From NCBI GenBank assembly GCA_964016885.1, contig OZ024740.1:400892001-400956000 (forward strand): a DNA stretch of 64,000 nucleotides, read 5' to 3'. The stretch comes from Eledone cirrhosa (lineage: Eukaryota). The notes under the pieces were generated by a model. That model did no database searches, was not told where the DNA came from, and saw only the letters and a list, made by a program, of their open reading frames with translations. The number at the start of each line of letters is the position of its first letter. Position 1 is the stretch's first letter. This document shows positions 29,247 through 43,078 of the stretch, piece by piece. Made by a program: the position numbers and the translations under genes.

Positions 29247-29717
29247 TAAGTGTTTCCGTAGAAAAGGTAAAGGAAAGAAGAGTGCTCTATGAATAGTACA
29301 GAGCTATTTAATTATGAGTGCTCTATGAATAGTACAGAGCTATTTAATTATGTAATAAAGAACAATATTTTTAAAAGAATTGTCCCTCTGAAGTTTTCAA
29401 TAATGTCACTTGGACGAATCAAAGAAAGAAAAAAAAAAGAAAAACAGACGTTAAAATATATTTTCTGTGCTATTTCCAACTTCACTTTTTCTCTATAACG
29501 ACTGTTTTGTATAGAACCTTACTTCGCTTTTCATATATATATATATATATATGAAAAGCGAAGTAAGGTTCTATACAAAACAGTCGTTATAGAGAAAAAG
29601 TGAAGTTGGAAATAGCACAGAAAATATATTTTAACGTCTGTTTTTCTTTTTTTTTTCTTTCTTTGATTCGTCCAAGTGACATTATTGAAAACTTCAGAGG
29701 GACAATTCTTTTAAAAA
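29247..29717 (-). mobile_element. Palindromic element: ~165-bp arms around a central (TA)n, plus a family-A terminus
   Basis: Arms run from 29368 to 29717, essentially perfect; terminus aagtgtttccgtagaaaaggtaaaggaaagaagagtgctctatg matches 26113-26155; 36-bp tandem duplication at 29280-29351. Confidence 0.8.
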
Positions 29718-30291
29718 AGAGTTTTATAATGTATATAAAGTATATAAAGTATTACCGGTTTCGATGTATTAGTAAAATTCATCTCATCAAAAGTTGAGTA
29801 TTACAATTAAAAGGAATTAATAACCATTAAAAACTAAAAATTAACGATTTAAAATTAGGAGGTAAGATTTTTTCATTTCCTTGTTGAGAAGGAGACTAGA
29901 AAATGAACTCTTGTGTATATAGAGAGAGGTGTGTAGTCATGAAAGTAGTAGCAGCACTATTGGTAGGGGTGTTTCTTCACAGAACAAAATTGTTTTTAGG
30001 GACAAAGGAAATGTATATATATATATAGTATATTTTCTTTTTACACTGTTTCGTTGCTGCCATTAGTTTCTAAGCCTACATGTGGCTTAGATTGGGCGTT
30101 TGCACCCCCACAAGCGAGACATTCATCTGGCAACTCTAAAAGAAACATGGGTCTCTTTATTTATGTGAGATCTAGTAAGTTAAAATGAGGATGCTTCAAT
30201 GGCTTAAACAATTTTTAGTTTCTTTTATTCAGAGGGAATAACTCTTACCAATTTTGTGATTATTAAACTTATTTTTATTATTATCAATTAT

Positions 30292-30665
30292 ATGGATTGG
30301 CAGTATAGGTAATGCATCGGAAAACATACAGTGCAGCGTAGAGTTTCGGCCCTTTGCGTTCTGAGTTAACTTGTCCTTCATCCTTATGGGGTCGATATAA
30401 TGAAGTACCAGTGAATTTAATCTACTTTCGCCTTGCACCAAATTGTAGGCCTGTGCCTAAACCAGCAACCATTATTATCATGGCAGTATCGGTAGAGAGT
30501 CGGACGTCATGCTTTCCAGCATAGTTACGTCCCTTTACGATCTGAGTTCAAATCCCGCCGAGGTTGACTTTGCCTTTCATCCTTACGGGGTCGATAAAAT
30601 AAAGTACCAGTAATGCACTGGGTATTTGCTGGCCTTGTGCCTAAAGTAGAAACAATTATTATCAT
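30292..30665 (+). mobile_element. Two tandem SINE copies
   Basis: Copies at 30292-30478 and 30481-30665. Confidence 0.85.
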
Positions 30666-30926
30666 TATATAAAGGGGTGTTTGCGACATTTCGTATATGT
30701 ATGTGTGTATGGAACTATATGTATCCTGGTGTATGGTTATTTAAGATGGTTGCAGCTTAGAGACATTATTGGCCCATGCTTCAAGCATATATATATAAAT
30801 ATATAGGTGGGTATGAATGTGTGTATGTATAGAGAGGCCTCCATTGATGCAGCGACTGTGCAAATGTGTGCAAGACTAAAAAGCCACATATATATAAAAA
30901 GAAAGCTCTCTCTATCTATTTCTCTG

Positions 30927-30990
<64 letters not shown>

Positions 30991-31899
30991 TAGGGAGATA
31001 CATATATGTGTGTGCGTCTGTATTTTAATTTACTTTTTTATTGAATACTTCTCTGGCTTGTTGAATGTAAAATGCATTTATTGTAGTGCAAATATATTTC
31101 CGGGGTACACGTTTGTGGCCCATAACACTGATCGCATAAATACATGTATTATGATAATTACGATATGATATTTATACATAAAATAATTTAAAAGGACTTC
31201 TATTATATAATAAATGTGTCCACTGAAAAATAATTGAAAAAATATGTATCGGAAAACAAACAGACAAAGATAGACATAAAGTTAAACAAGCACACATGCG
31301 TAGACAGGCATACACAGACAAACACACACATGCGCAGACATTTACAGGAAGACACACTCACAAAAAAGTATATATATAAATTTCTAGAACAAAAAAAAAA
31401 GAAAATGAACTACAACAAGAGAACTAGCAATTAATTTTACGCTGTAATGAAGAAATTCTGGGACCACGATTACACAAAGTCAGAAAAAATGGAAGAGAGT
31501 TCCATAGAAACAATGTTATACAATGAATAACACATGGTAGTAAAGGGATGGAATTAAGAGCGGAATTAAATAGAATGTAACGGTGCTTTGAGCCAAGAGA
31601 GAGTTTTTTGACAGTGTCATAAGGGATAAAATGCAAGAAAATGTTCTGAATATATGCATATGTATAGGTATGTATTTATGCTTTTGTTTTCTGTGTATGT
31701 TTTGAAAGTGTAAGTGCTGTGAATGAATTTTAATAGTATGCATTCTGGGTTGTGTGTGTATTTGTGTCTGTATGTGTGCGTGTTTCTGTGCACATGTGTG
31801 ATAGGGCACTGGTATTTAAAGAAAATCACTTATTTATTAAAGTTGTAGGTACAATTTTTGTTTCACACGATGCAAACGGGACACGGTTGATAAATCTTC

Positions 31900-33072
31900 A
31901 GGAACATGTGGATATGAACAAAATAAAACAAAAATCATGAACTATCATGAACATGTCGAATTGATCCAGTGATGTCACACCGTGTATCCAAATGATGCCC
32001 ACTAAACCCTTCTGCCAACCTATGAATGTTTTCTCTAAGATGTATTTCAGTAAACAATGTATTAGCCCTAATGTGGGCAACTGTAACTCATCATAATAAT
32101 TGCGAGCCCAGTCGACCATTCTTGACACTGTCTCTCCACTATTCATGATTTCCCATTGCTCCTGGAAACTGTTCCCTGCTGAGTTTTTCTTCGTCTGAGA
32201 GATGATCGATGAAGATTCGAGCAAGTCTTCCTCTACTGCGTCTCCGGAGAGTTGGTCCTCACTATAGTAGCTGTAGTATACCATTGTGCTTTGTTGTCCA
32301 GCAATATCTTGCAAATGATAACCGTCTTTGAGCAATTGTAGTTTTTATCTCGTAATATGTTGACCCCAGCTTATGTTTTGTACAACCCAAAGTGTTTTAG
32401 AGTATGTACCATCTAGTTTCGTCTCAAGGGTTTGTGCCAGGGTTCAAGAACCTGATCCATACAAGCAATAACACAACAGATGTTCTGAAGAATGACAACT
32501 ATAAATTCATTTTCAGCTGCAAACTGTGTCTGTCCGCTTCAAATACGAATTTGCAACCGTTTTTAATTGTTTATTTAACCGATTTGAGATGTTCGATTTA
32601 ATCTCATGAATTTTATTCTATGAGAGTGAATCACATTTTTGAGTATGTTGGCCTTGTCATGAAGTGCTTAACTTTTGCGTCAAAGTCTTGTATCGAGTTA
32701 CTATTAGACAAGTTTCATTACAACATCTTGTTTTGAATCTCTTTCCAGATATGCTTGTGAACGATTGGGCTGAGTAGAATTCGGGTTATTATTGTTGGTT
32801 GTGTATCAACAATTTACCTTGGAACATACATTGTTAGTTGTATTATGGTATGGTCTGTGAAAATCGTCGGTCTCACCTTTATATTGTGAAAGAGATTCTA
32901 GTTATGTGTGAAACAAAGATATATAACTTGTTAGGTGTAGTAATTTTGTGTAGTATTATTGCTTCCACGAAAAGCTTGTTTGAAAAGTCAAGCTGGGTTT
33001 CTGCTTCTTTTTCTTTTGCTGTCATTTCTTTGGACTGTTTGACTTTGGGGATATTGAAGTCTCCCAGATGAA
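31900..33072 (-). pseudogene. Heavily decayed CR1/L2-like LINE (APE-RT)
   Basis: LGDFNIP (APE motif) near 33050-33068; NISWGQHIT near 32350-32378; SLDQF near the 3' end. Confidence 0.55.
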
Positions 33073-33696
33073 GATTTACGCTTCCATGTGTTGGTATGCG
33101 TGTGTATGTGTATGCGTGTATGTGAGTGGGTGTGTGTGCATGTATGTGTGTGTGTACATATGTACACATAGATATGCTAGCTTACATATACACGCAAATA
33201 TCCAACAAAGTGAAATTATGACATTTCAAAATACCTCGTCTTGTAGAATGTTATTGATGAGGGGGCAGGGGGGGGGGGGGGGGGCAGGAAGATAAGTAGG
33301 ATCATTACCATCAGCAGCAGCACCAAGAGTATATCCATTGTCATCATTTGTAGTTATCAGAAATAATTGACAGTGACTGTGTGGCGACAAAATACTAGTT
33401 ATCATTTAGCATCGTGCTTACATTGGAAATATTGATATTCGGCAATGATTATGTAAGATATTTAAATTTAAAAACATAAAGCTTTGTACATTACACATGA
33501 AAAATCTAATAAATATTTTCAGAAAATATAATGTTTTGGGTTTTAAATATGAATTATATGCTAAATATTTACATAAATACTATGTTATGAGTTCGATTTG
33601 AACAAATCTGTTTACTTCTTATTTAAATTGAATTCCGTTATTCTTCATGCCAATATACAGTGTATCAAGTTCGCTATCACATATAAATCATAGAAT

Positions 33697-33748
33697 AAGA
33701 CACCTGAAGACGGTGGGATATCTAATGTATCGAAACCTATGGTTGATG
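33697..33748 (+). ncRNA. Degenerate hammerhead-like motif
   Basis: acac-ctgaaga-c-ggtg...tatc-gaaac-ctatg-gtt-gatgt, followed by an AT-rich tail. Confidence 0.4.
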
Positions 33749-35902
33749 TATATATATCTAAACTAAAACATGTTCTATCTTCAAGGGTGAGATTAATAAC
33801 CAGTAAAATTGCAATCTCTTCATTGTAGACGTTTAGAAATTTAATATCTTAAGCAATTTGCTACATTGATTATTTGATGGAATACAGTATTGTGTACTTC
33901 ATTAATTATTGTCTCTCAGAGAAATGCAAAACATCGAAGTACGCTTGTCACGCTATGGGCTTAATTTATAAAAATAAAAATAATATTTCATTTACTCACT
34001 ATTCACACGGTTGTTATCATCTATTTTCTTCTTAGCCATCTAAGAACTTATAGTTATCTTAATGATAAAAATGATGATCATGGTGTTGTTATTTCTAATG
34101 CTGGTCGTAGTGATTTTAAGAAGGAGGAGAAACTGTGTGGGGAATGGTTATCATGATATATCATATATCAAATAATAAAAGAATCCTCACTGAATCTGTT
34201 GCTATAATAACCGCATTTAATATAATTATCAGCGTTATCATGATCATCATCATCAGCAGCAGTAGTAGACACATCAACATGATCATTATCACCATCATAA
34301 TCATCATCATAATGATGAAAATGATGATCATCATGATCATGATGATGATGATCATCATCGTCAGGACAGCTATACCTTCAGTGGTGTCTAGAAAGCACCA
34401 TTAACGCAATATATTTGGTTGTTTGCTATCAACATTACCACAATCATCTCCATTTCCGACCAATTTGAAATCAGCTGACCGTGATGATAATGTGATGGCG
34501 TTCCGTTGATACTTGAGACCTCACAGAAACACTAGTTCCTACGGAAAAGATTCGATGCCGTTTCCGGTTGTGGTGTTGTTACACATATTATATTTGTTGA
34601 ACATCGGCTACCGTTAAAAAACGAAAGTTTTGTAGCAAACATATATAAATGCCACCCACGAGAGCATGAAGCTTACAGGCACATATATTCTCATTAATCT
34701 CCTACAAAAATATAGGGCGATAATTTGATTGCAAAGAGATTTTAATTGAGTATTTGTCCACAGAAAATAAATGTTGATATTTATCTTATATTTGATCGAT
34801 AGCGGGGCTAAAGTTTAGGCTGCAATAATAAGTCATTTATAAACAGAAACAAACAAGGTCCTTCCATCCTTTCACAGATTTTGTCTTTCAATCTACATTG
34901 CGTCTAAAAATCACTGTTCACCTTGCAAACATGATGGGATAGTCGGTTTAACTATCAACGACAACTTGACCACCCAACCGATTTTAACAATCGTCCTAAT
35001 TTTTACACTATTTTTCTCGTTGATATCATTGTCTATTACTATTGAGATATTATTAAAGTCAATGACAACTACATAAATGTGTATTACGTGGATATCACTT
35101 TGCACTGTATGCAGATAAATATCACCCTGAATATCTCTCAGATATAACTAAACTGTGGAAACCATTCTCAAAAGATCCAACGGCTGCTAAGTATTTAATG
35201 CAGGAATAAAATCTTCCTCAAAAAGCAAAAGATATAACAGGGTTTAAGTTCGCAAAGCCAGAAAAAATAAAATATCTGAACAATTGATTTTATAATATTA
35301 ACAGTGACTGGACTGATTTTAAAATGTCCATGTGTAAATTGAGCCTGGGTATATATATATGGGCCATATATTCACTATTTCTTCTAAAATCCTAATACGT
35401 TTTTCTTTTAAATTCTAATAAATCTCATAAAACAAATCTAAATATTATCGACGTTTGTTTCATAATTTCTGTTTAGTTTTGTTTTAATTTATATTTTAAT
35501 ATTTACTTATATAATAATTGTTTCACTTGATAATCATTGCTTCATTCACTGTAACTTTATATCATCTACATCGTTTTGTATAATTAAATTTTCAATTTTC
35601 AATCTGAAGTTTAAATATAAATTTATCATAAAGTTTAAACTTTACAGTACAGAAGTATTTAAAAACAGATGGATGTATAGAAATGGGACAGATGCACATA
35701 AGGCAAAGATACATACGAAGCTGAATTGCAAAAGAGTAGACTTAATGGAGTGTATATATATATGTACGTCAATACTCATCTTTTTCCATTTCTCCGAGGG
35801 TTCTTAACCCAATTAATTTAATCAAAATACAGCGATAGCTTACATTTAAAATAATTTCAAACCCACTCGCTGTTTCGAAAATATTTTTACTTGATATATA
35901 TA

Positions 35903-35977
<75 letters not shown>

Positions 35978-35992
35978 TCATTAAGCTAACAG

Positions 35993-36080
35993 AGGTCTGA
36001 TGAGCTTTTGAATCCAGAGTAAGGCCCGATCGGTAAAGATTGAAACTTGAGCTGACCAATCGCGAAACGCACGTCACACC
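35993..36080 (+). ncRNA. Hammerhead-like motif with enlarged stem II
   Basis: ggt-ctgatga-gc...gc-gaaac-gcac-gtc-acacc; a homologue lacking the gaaac half lies at 25986-26082; both start beside TA runs. Confidence 0.55.
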
Positions 36081-36134
36081 TGAATAAACTTAATGAAAAT
36101 TTGACACCACGTTCATAATTATTATATATATAAT

Positions 36135-36226
36135 AAAGTTAACGTCGCTTTTCATCCTTACGGAGTCGATAAAATAACGTACCAGTAATGCACTGGTATA
36201 ATTGCTGGCCTTGTGCCAACAGTATT

Positions 36227-36228
<2 letters not shown>
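36135..36228 (+). mobile_element. SINE 3' fragment
   Basis: Core and tail motif of the main SINE. Confidence 0.75.
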
Positions 36229-36318
<90 letters not shown>

Positions 36319-36320
<2 letters not shown>

Positions 36321-36378
36321 ATCCAGTAAGACCCCGACGGCTGAGCTCAAGCCGTTTCGACGGCTAATTCTGGACTAA

Positions 36379-36381
<3 letters not shown>
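36319..36381 (-). mobile_element. Family B fragment (3' half of an HHR) inside (TA)n
   Basis: Minus strand reads gaaac-ggcttgagctcagcc-gtc-ggggtc. Confidence 0.7.
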
Positions 36382-36429
<48 letters not shown>

Positions 36430-36706
36430 TACAGTGTGTGTGTATGTGTGTGTGTGTGCGTGCGTGCGCGCGTGCATGTGCGTGTGTGTGTGAATGTGTG
36501 TTTATATGAAGTAAATAATATAGATGTTTAATAATAGGCAGTGTATACGTTTTACTTAGACATATCGAAAATTATGCTTGCGTTGATAGTTTTGTTATAT
36601 ATTGAGTAAGTTTATCTCTTTTTCTCACTCTTACTCTCTTTCTTTCTCTCTCTCTCTCTCTCTCTCTCCACACACTCTGTACATATATATACACACACAC
36701 ATACAG

Positions 36707-36776
<70 letters not shown>

Positions 36777-37494
36777 CAAGAAATAACTGTATACATGTAT
36801 CGACGTTTTTCTATTGTCTACAAAGTTCTCTCTCTCAATCTCTTTCTCTCTCTCCTACCATCGCTTTTTGTCACTATTCTTCAATCCATCTGCTATTCCC
36901 TCTCGATATCTCTTCACACTCGTCTACAATATTTCTTTATATACTTTCTATTGCTTTGGCATTGTACTGTCAGAACATTGGCGCTAGCATCATACAATTT
37001 TCCGATTTATGCTATTATTTTGCGCTTATAAATTACAAGTTTTACTGTTTCGTATTTCAGGCATTTCCGTAGTGGAGACGCATCTATTTAGTTAGCTTTT
37101 GAAAAGAAACGAATATGTTTCGTTTTTCTCTTTAGTCATAAGCTGGCGATAAACGTCAAATCGTCGACGCTTCGGCATAAGTCTAACTAATGAGCTGTGA
37201 AACTTGACACGTATTGTTTCCCCATGCAAAACTGCTTTTCTTTTTCACCATCATCATTTTAGTAAACTGCACTTGGCAGAATGTAATGGCTAGGTGTGAA
37301 GTAGTTGTCTCCCCATCGTATGCATTACCACGTAGTTCTATGTAAACGAAGCTACATCTACTTTTACAAAGAGAACCTTCAGTCGATCTTTGAGTTGATT
37401 ATAAGTCTCTCTGCATGTGTAAGTAAAATAAAAACTGGTATTCCCAAATATTCAAACAAACACACACATACACACACACACATACACACACAGG

Positions 37495-37621
<127 letters not shown>

Positions 37622-39629
37622 GTGGTTGCGTGTATGTGTGTAGAGATAGATAGATAGAATTCTGTAGTTCAAATGGTGTAGAGTTACCATAATCCCTGGC
37701 TCGCTGAGTTGTAATGTAGCTTTTAATCCCCCTTTCCCTCTATTTATCCAGATACAACGAGGCTCAATTATCCCTTAGTACACCGTGTGGATTTCATTGC
37801 ATCGTTGAACAGATTTCGTTTCATCATATATCTCTACGACAAATGTAATCTAGATAAAACTCTGGTTAGATTTTCTATGTACTGCAATATATTTAGATAT
37901 TTATTTTATAATTTATTACGTCGTCGGACAATGCACATGGTTCTAATTAGTCTGAACATTTTATTTAAGTTCTGTTTTGTGTTTGGTATAAATAGAGTGT
38001 AATTATAAGATAATCTTAGTACAAGAAAGTATACGAGTGATTGTCTTCAGATGATCGGTCATTTAACAGTAAAACACGTAACACCAATTTTTCTATCTGC
38101 GTACGAAGGGAATAACACTATATTTTAAGTCATGAGGTGTTCCAGCAGTTTGTATGGAACAAGTAAAAGAAATTTGTGTGTGCACCATTGCCTTTTGAAA
38201 GTGCGTAATTTCTCGGATAAACTAATTGCGATTACAGTTGAAGGGTATTCAAATATGCTAATAGCAGTGTCACATAGCGTATGCCGAATGCATACAACTT
38301 TATCAAGTAACATTTTGCTGATGTGAAACTTCTGATTCTTGTAAAATGAGATTCTATGAATTTTGAAGATTATTGTAGTTGCATCAATTTTTAAAGCTAA
38401 TGTTATTGTCAGTTCCAGATTCACCCACGGCAATAATTTTCAAGTTTGCTTTTGGATAGATTTTTGATATGGAGAGGTGAATACTCTTCAGACGTATGCT
38501 TTATAGATCCTGCAGATATATATATTACTTTTATATTGCACTTTTTTGTGATTTTTAGTAAAATGCTGCACCACTATGCAGTGGTGTTAGTAAATATGGA
38601 AATATGCACTCGGATAGTATTTTATAGTAAAGCTGAAAATGTTCAAGTCATTTTCCATAGAAATCAAAAAAGCGAATGAAGATTTGATTAATTCTCTTTT
38701 CTTGATAACATGCATTGCTTTGTCACCTCCTAGTAATCTGGTGAGGCTGTCAACCTAAGCTAAAGTGGGAGTCTATATGCTTTGCACACTAAAAGGTAGA
38801 TATGACAGCGAAATTCACACAAATCATACCCAAGTCACTGGAAAAGAAAGGCAACAGTGTAATTTGTCCTAGATAAACCAAAACCTCGGCTGGTCACTCG
38901 TGAAATACAATTGATTATATGTTTGTTTGATCAAGTCAGACTAGTCAAATCTGTTTAACACAAGATTCTGTTTTTACTTCAAGGAGGGTTTTTTTACGTG
39001 TGTATAAAAATATTGCCTCTTAATATCAGATATTATGTGAAATTAAATGATAACAACGGCATTGATTCTTGTGAGAGACGAGATAGAAATTAAATGACAA
39101 CAACTCGTTTCCCTGTCTTGTTTCTACTGTAGATCTGATTGCATACATGCTGGGTCTTGGGTACTGGACACAACATGGGGAGGAAGGGGAGGTAGATAGA
39201 TGAGTGAGGTGGTTGTACCTAATGATAAAGGGCGTGAGAATAGAGAGGTTGTACCGGTTACAATTGCAGAGAAAAAAAGCGGATGTCATGGGCCAGAGGC
39301 CAGATCCTGTCTGACAATAATGGGATGCCAATCAGATGAACAGCTTTTATCTGGTAGAGTTTTATAAAATACAGTGAACCAGCTATTGACATGCTGAAAA
39401 CCTGTTTAACAAGAAGATCTATTAGACACAAAGATTGATATAAGAGAAATAATATAAAATCAATGTTGTCCTTACATCAGTAGCAAATTCGAACTCACAA
39501 CCATGCGATATATTCAACTATGTAACAATTACACAACAATTATCATATATTTTCGTGTGTTAGTCACGTTTGTACGTTAGTCACACTTTTCTCCCTATAC
39601 AACATTTAGAATATAGGATATATCTTGAT

Positions 39630-39786
39630 TTGATAGACCATAACCCACCAAGGTAGTAAAGTGGGTGATATGAAAAAATCAGGACCCCGACGCCTGAGCT
39701 CCGGTCATTTCAACTGCTAGATCTGAGTTCGGATCTAGCTGTTGCAACGGCTGGAGATCAGCCCCGTCGGTGTCATGAATTTTTCA
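39630..39786 (-). mobile_element. Family B fold-back element, decayed
   Basis: Imperfect palindrome 39671-39786 centred on ctagatctgagttcggatctag; gaccataacccacca matches 26870-26885. Confidence 0.7.
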
Positions 39787-39788
39787 TG

Positions 39789-39821
<33 letters not shown>

Positions 39822-40121
39822 GTGTGAAAAATATTTACATATAGAAGAAGTAAGGATAGAGCTTGAGAAATATTTAATAATATTAAATGCATATATTTTA
39901 TACTTTAAAAATACAATAGTTCAGGAATTATTGATAGAAATATGTGAACAATATTAATAAAGAGAACTTCGATACATCCTACAGTAAATAGAAAATTGAT
40001 ATTAAAGTTGCTAATGAGGATTTTCTGGGAGATAACCTGTATAAATGTGTTCTCTCTCTCTCTCCCCTCTCTCTCTCCCCTCTCTCTCTCTCTCATATAT
40101 ATATATCTATATATATATATA

Positions 40122-40202
40122 CAAGGACCCCCCCCCCCCCAAATGTATACATAGTTTGCTTAGAATGCTGTTGATGTGTGTATACAATTTTGTGACACCC
40201 TG
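40122..40202. mobile_element. Possible tiny Tc1/mariner MITE
   Basis: Ends ta|caagg...aaatgtatac and gtatacaattttgtgacaccctg|ta; CAGGGTGTC-type TIR with TA flanks. Confidence 0.45.
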
Positions 40203-40305
40203 TATATATATATATATTATGTAAATGTTACAATATCAGATCAGTAGGTGTGGAAACGAAAAGGAAAAAAGTGCTCAATCGAGAATGGAGCTGAAATGTC
40301 ATATA

Positions 40306-40562
40306 ATTTATTTATGCCCATACACGGAACAAAGGCGCTATCGGAGGTTTCCAAGAGCTGAAATTGACCTTACCTCTAGAATACAAGTGGCACCAAATTA
40401 GTCACCGTTCTTCAGGCACTTATACAAGTTTATATTGAATTCGTATAAGCGCAAGAAGAAAGGGGACTAATTTGATGCCGCTTGTATTCTGGAGGTAGAG
40501 TCAAATTTGGCTCTTGAAGACCATGGGTAGCACCTTTCTACCGTGTATGGGCATAAATAAAT
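40306..40562. repeat. Long gap-free imperfect inverted repeat with HHR-like motif
   Basis: ~128-bp arms with about 25 substitutions by eye and no indels; minus strand 40419-40335 reads gtgc-ctgaaga...gaaac-ctccg-ata-gcgc. Confidence 0.8.
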
Positions 40563-40633
40563 AAATAATAATATATATATATCGAGAGAGAGAAACAGAG
40601 AGAGGGAGAGGGGGAGAGAGAGAGAGAGAGAGT

Positions 40634-40706
<73 letters not shown>

Positions 40707-40902
40707 GATAGTAGTGAGATAAAGGTACAAAGCTGGCCACGATGCCTCGCGATTTCGGCTTGGAAACCGTTGAAAATACTTGCCAAAACCGCGAGACGTC
40801 ATGATCGACTTTTTACCTACCTCTAATCTCACTCTGCTTTTCTCATAGATAGTGTATTCCCCTGATTTGTGTGGTCTCCCTGTTCTCAGAACTACAGAAT
40901 GT

Positions 40903-40972
<70 letters not shown>

Positions 40973-41021
40973 TTTTACCTGTTTCAGCCATCCGGCTGAG
41001 GCCATGCTGGGGCACCGCCCT

Positions 41022-41070
<49 letters not shown>

Positions 41071-41189
41071 CATATATATCTACATATATATATACATATA
41101 TACATATATATATATTTATATATACATATATATATACATATGTATATACATATATACATATACACACACACACACATATATATATATAT

Positions 41190-41239
41190 AGTACTTTGGT
41201 GCGTTATGGTCCATCTGGTTCCTTACCACATTTCCTTCG

Positions 41240-41241
<2 letters not shown>
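41190..41241 (+). mobile_element. Family B extreme 3' end inside (TA)n
   Basis: tactttggtgcgttatggtccatctggttccttaccacatttccttcgtta matches 26994-27044. Confidence 0.75.
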
Positions 41242-41303
<62 letters not shown>

Positions 41304-41517
41304 TAATAAAAATAATGAATAAAAACAAAGAAACAGTTCCTTATATTAAAAAATTCATCATTTTACGATCGTTTCTAGGATATATATGTTTGTGTTGGTA
41401 TGTATATTATATAGATCTATGTAAAATGTTTACATACTATCAGAGGGAATATACATACCTACACATAAATATGCTGTCTTCAGAAATAATGATATTTATT
41501 TATGTATTTTGGTAGAT

Positions 41518-41617
<100 letters not shown>

Positions 41618-41671
41618 AAGTATGTATGTATACGTACATACATATATGTATACAGACGTACAGTAGCTTGT

Positions 41672-41740
<69 letters not shown>

Positions 41741-41895
41741 CAGGCACACATATATATATATATGTACGTATCAGTTTTAGCGAACATTTACTATAATGTT
41801 CGCTTTGTTCGTTTGTAAACAAACGGACAGCCTGATTTATGCCGTACGATGTTAAGGCAACCACGTCACCTTTTTGTTCAACACTGACACAGGAA

Positions 41896-41936
41896 CGATG
41901 TACAAGTTTCAAGCTTGTTAGCTATCGTCAGCACCG
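41896..41936 (-). ncRNA. Minimal type I hammerhead ribozyme, intact core
   Basis: cggtg-CTGACGA-t-agct-aaca-agct-t-GAAAC-tt-GTA-catcg. Confidence 0.8.
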
Positions 41937-42310
41937 TATACCCTTCTGTCAGATGGTTGAACGTTCGAAAGTATATACTTTCCTTATGAAAATTAACGGC
42001 TGAGCAGCGTAATTTGCATATCGAGTGAGTTCAGTCGGCCAGGCGCACTTAAAACGATAAAATGGAATAGAATGAAATGAAATTTCATTTCTCACTCTTA
42101 GCACGGCACTTACTTATATGTAAGTATGTATGTATACGTACATACATATATGTATACATCGTTCCTGTGTCAGTGTTGAACAAAAAGGTGACGTGGTTGC
42201 CTTAACACCGTACGGCATAAATCAGGCTGTACGTTTGTTTACAAACGAACAAAGCGAACATTATAATAAATGTTCGCTAAAACTGATACGTACATATATA
42301 TGTGTGCCTG

Positions 42311-42383
<73 letters not shown>

Positions 42384-42618
42384 GCTACTGTACGTCTGTA
42401 TACATATATGTATGTACGTATACATACATACTTACATATAAGTAAGTGCCGTACAAAGAGTGAGAAATGAAATTTTATTTCATTCTATTCGATTTTATCG
42501 TTTTCGGTGCACCTGGCCGACTGAACTCACTCGATATGCAAATTAGGCTGCTCAGCCGTTAATTTTCGTAAGGAAAGTATATACTTTCGAACGTTCAACC
42601 ATCTGGCAGAAGGGTATA

Positions 42619-42659
42619 CGGTGCTGACGATAGCTAACAAGCTTCAAACTAGTACATCG
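42619..42659 (+). ncRNA. Hammerhead copy with G12>C (CAAA), predicted inactive
   Basis: cggtg-CTGACGA-t-agct-aaca-agct-t-cAAAC-ta-GTA-catcg. Confidence 0.7.
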
Positions 42660-43078
42660 TTCCTGTGTCAGTGTTGAACAAAAAGATGACGTGGTTGCCT
42701 TAACATCGTACGGCATAAATCAGGCTGTCCGTTTGTTTACAAACGAACAAAGCGAACATTATAATAAATGTTCGTTAAAACTGATACGTACATATATATA
42801 TATGTGTGCCTGTATGTATATATATATATATATATATATACGTGCTACTGTACGTCTGTATACATATATGTATGTACGTATACATACATACTTACATATA
42901 AGTAAGTGCCGTACTAAGAGTGAGAAATGAAATTTCATTTCATTCTATTCCATTTTATCGTTTTCGGTGCGCCTGGCCGACTGAACTCACTCGATATGCA
43001 AATTAGGCTGCTCAGCCGTTAATTTTCATAAGGAAAGTATATACTTTCGAACGTTCAACCATCTGGCAGAAGGGTATA

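Noticed and set aside
29630-29705. HHR inside the 29.5-kb palindrome (gaaaacttcagagg)
   Set aside because: No recognisable CTGANGA half at a suitable distance.
34135-34404. Ile/Met-rich hydrophobic ORFs
   Set aside because: Degenerate (ATC/ATG)n trinucleotide repeat.
34911-35105. Cadherin-like VVVIDFNN...INE motif on the minus strand
   Set aside because: Lacks DxNDNxPxF and other cadherin motifs; too weak to call.
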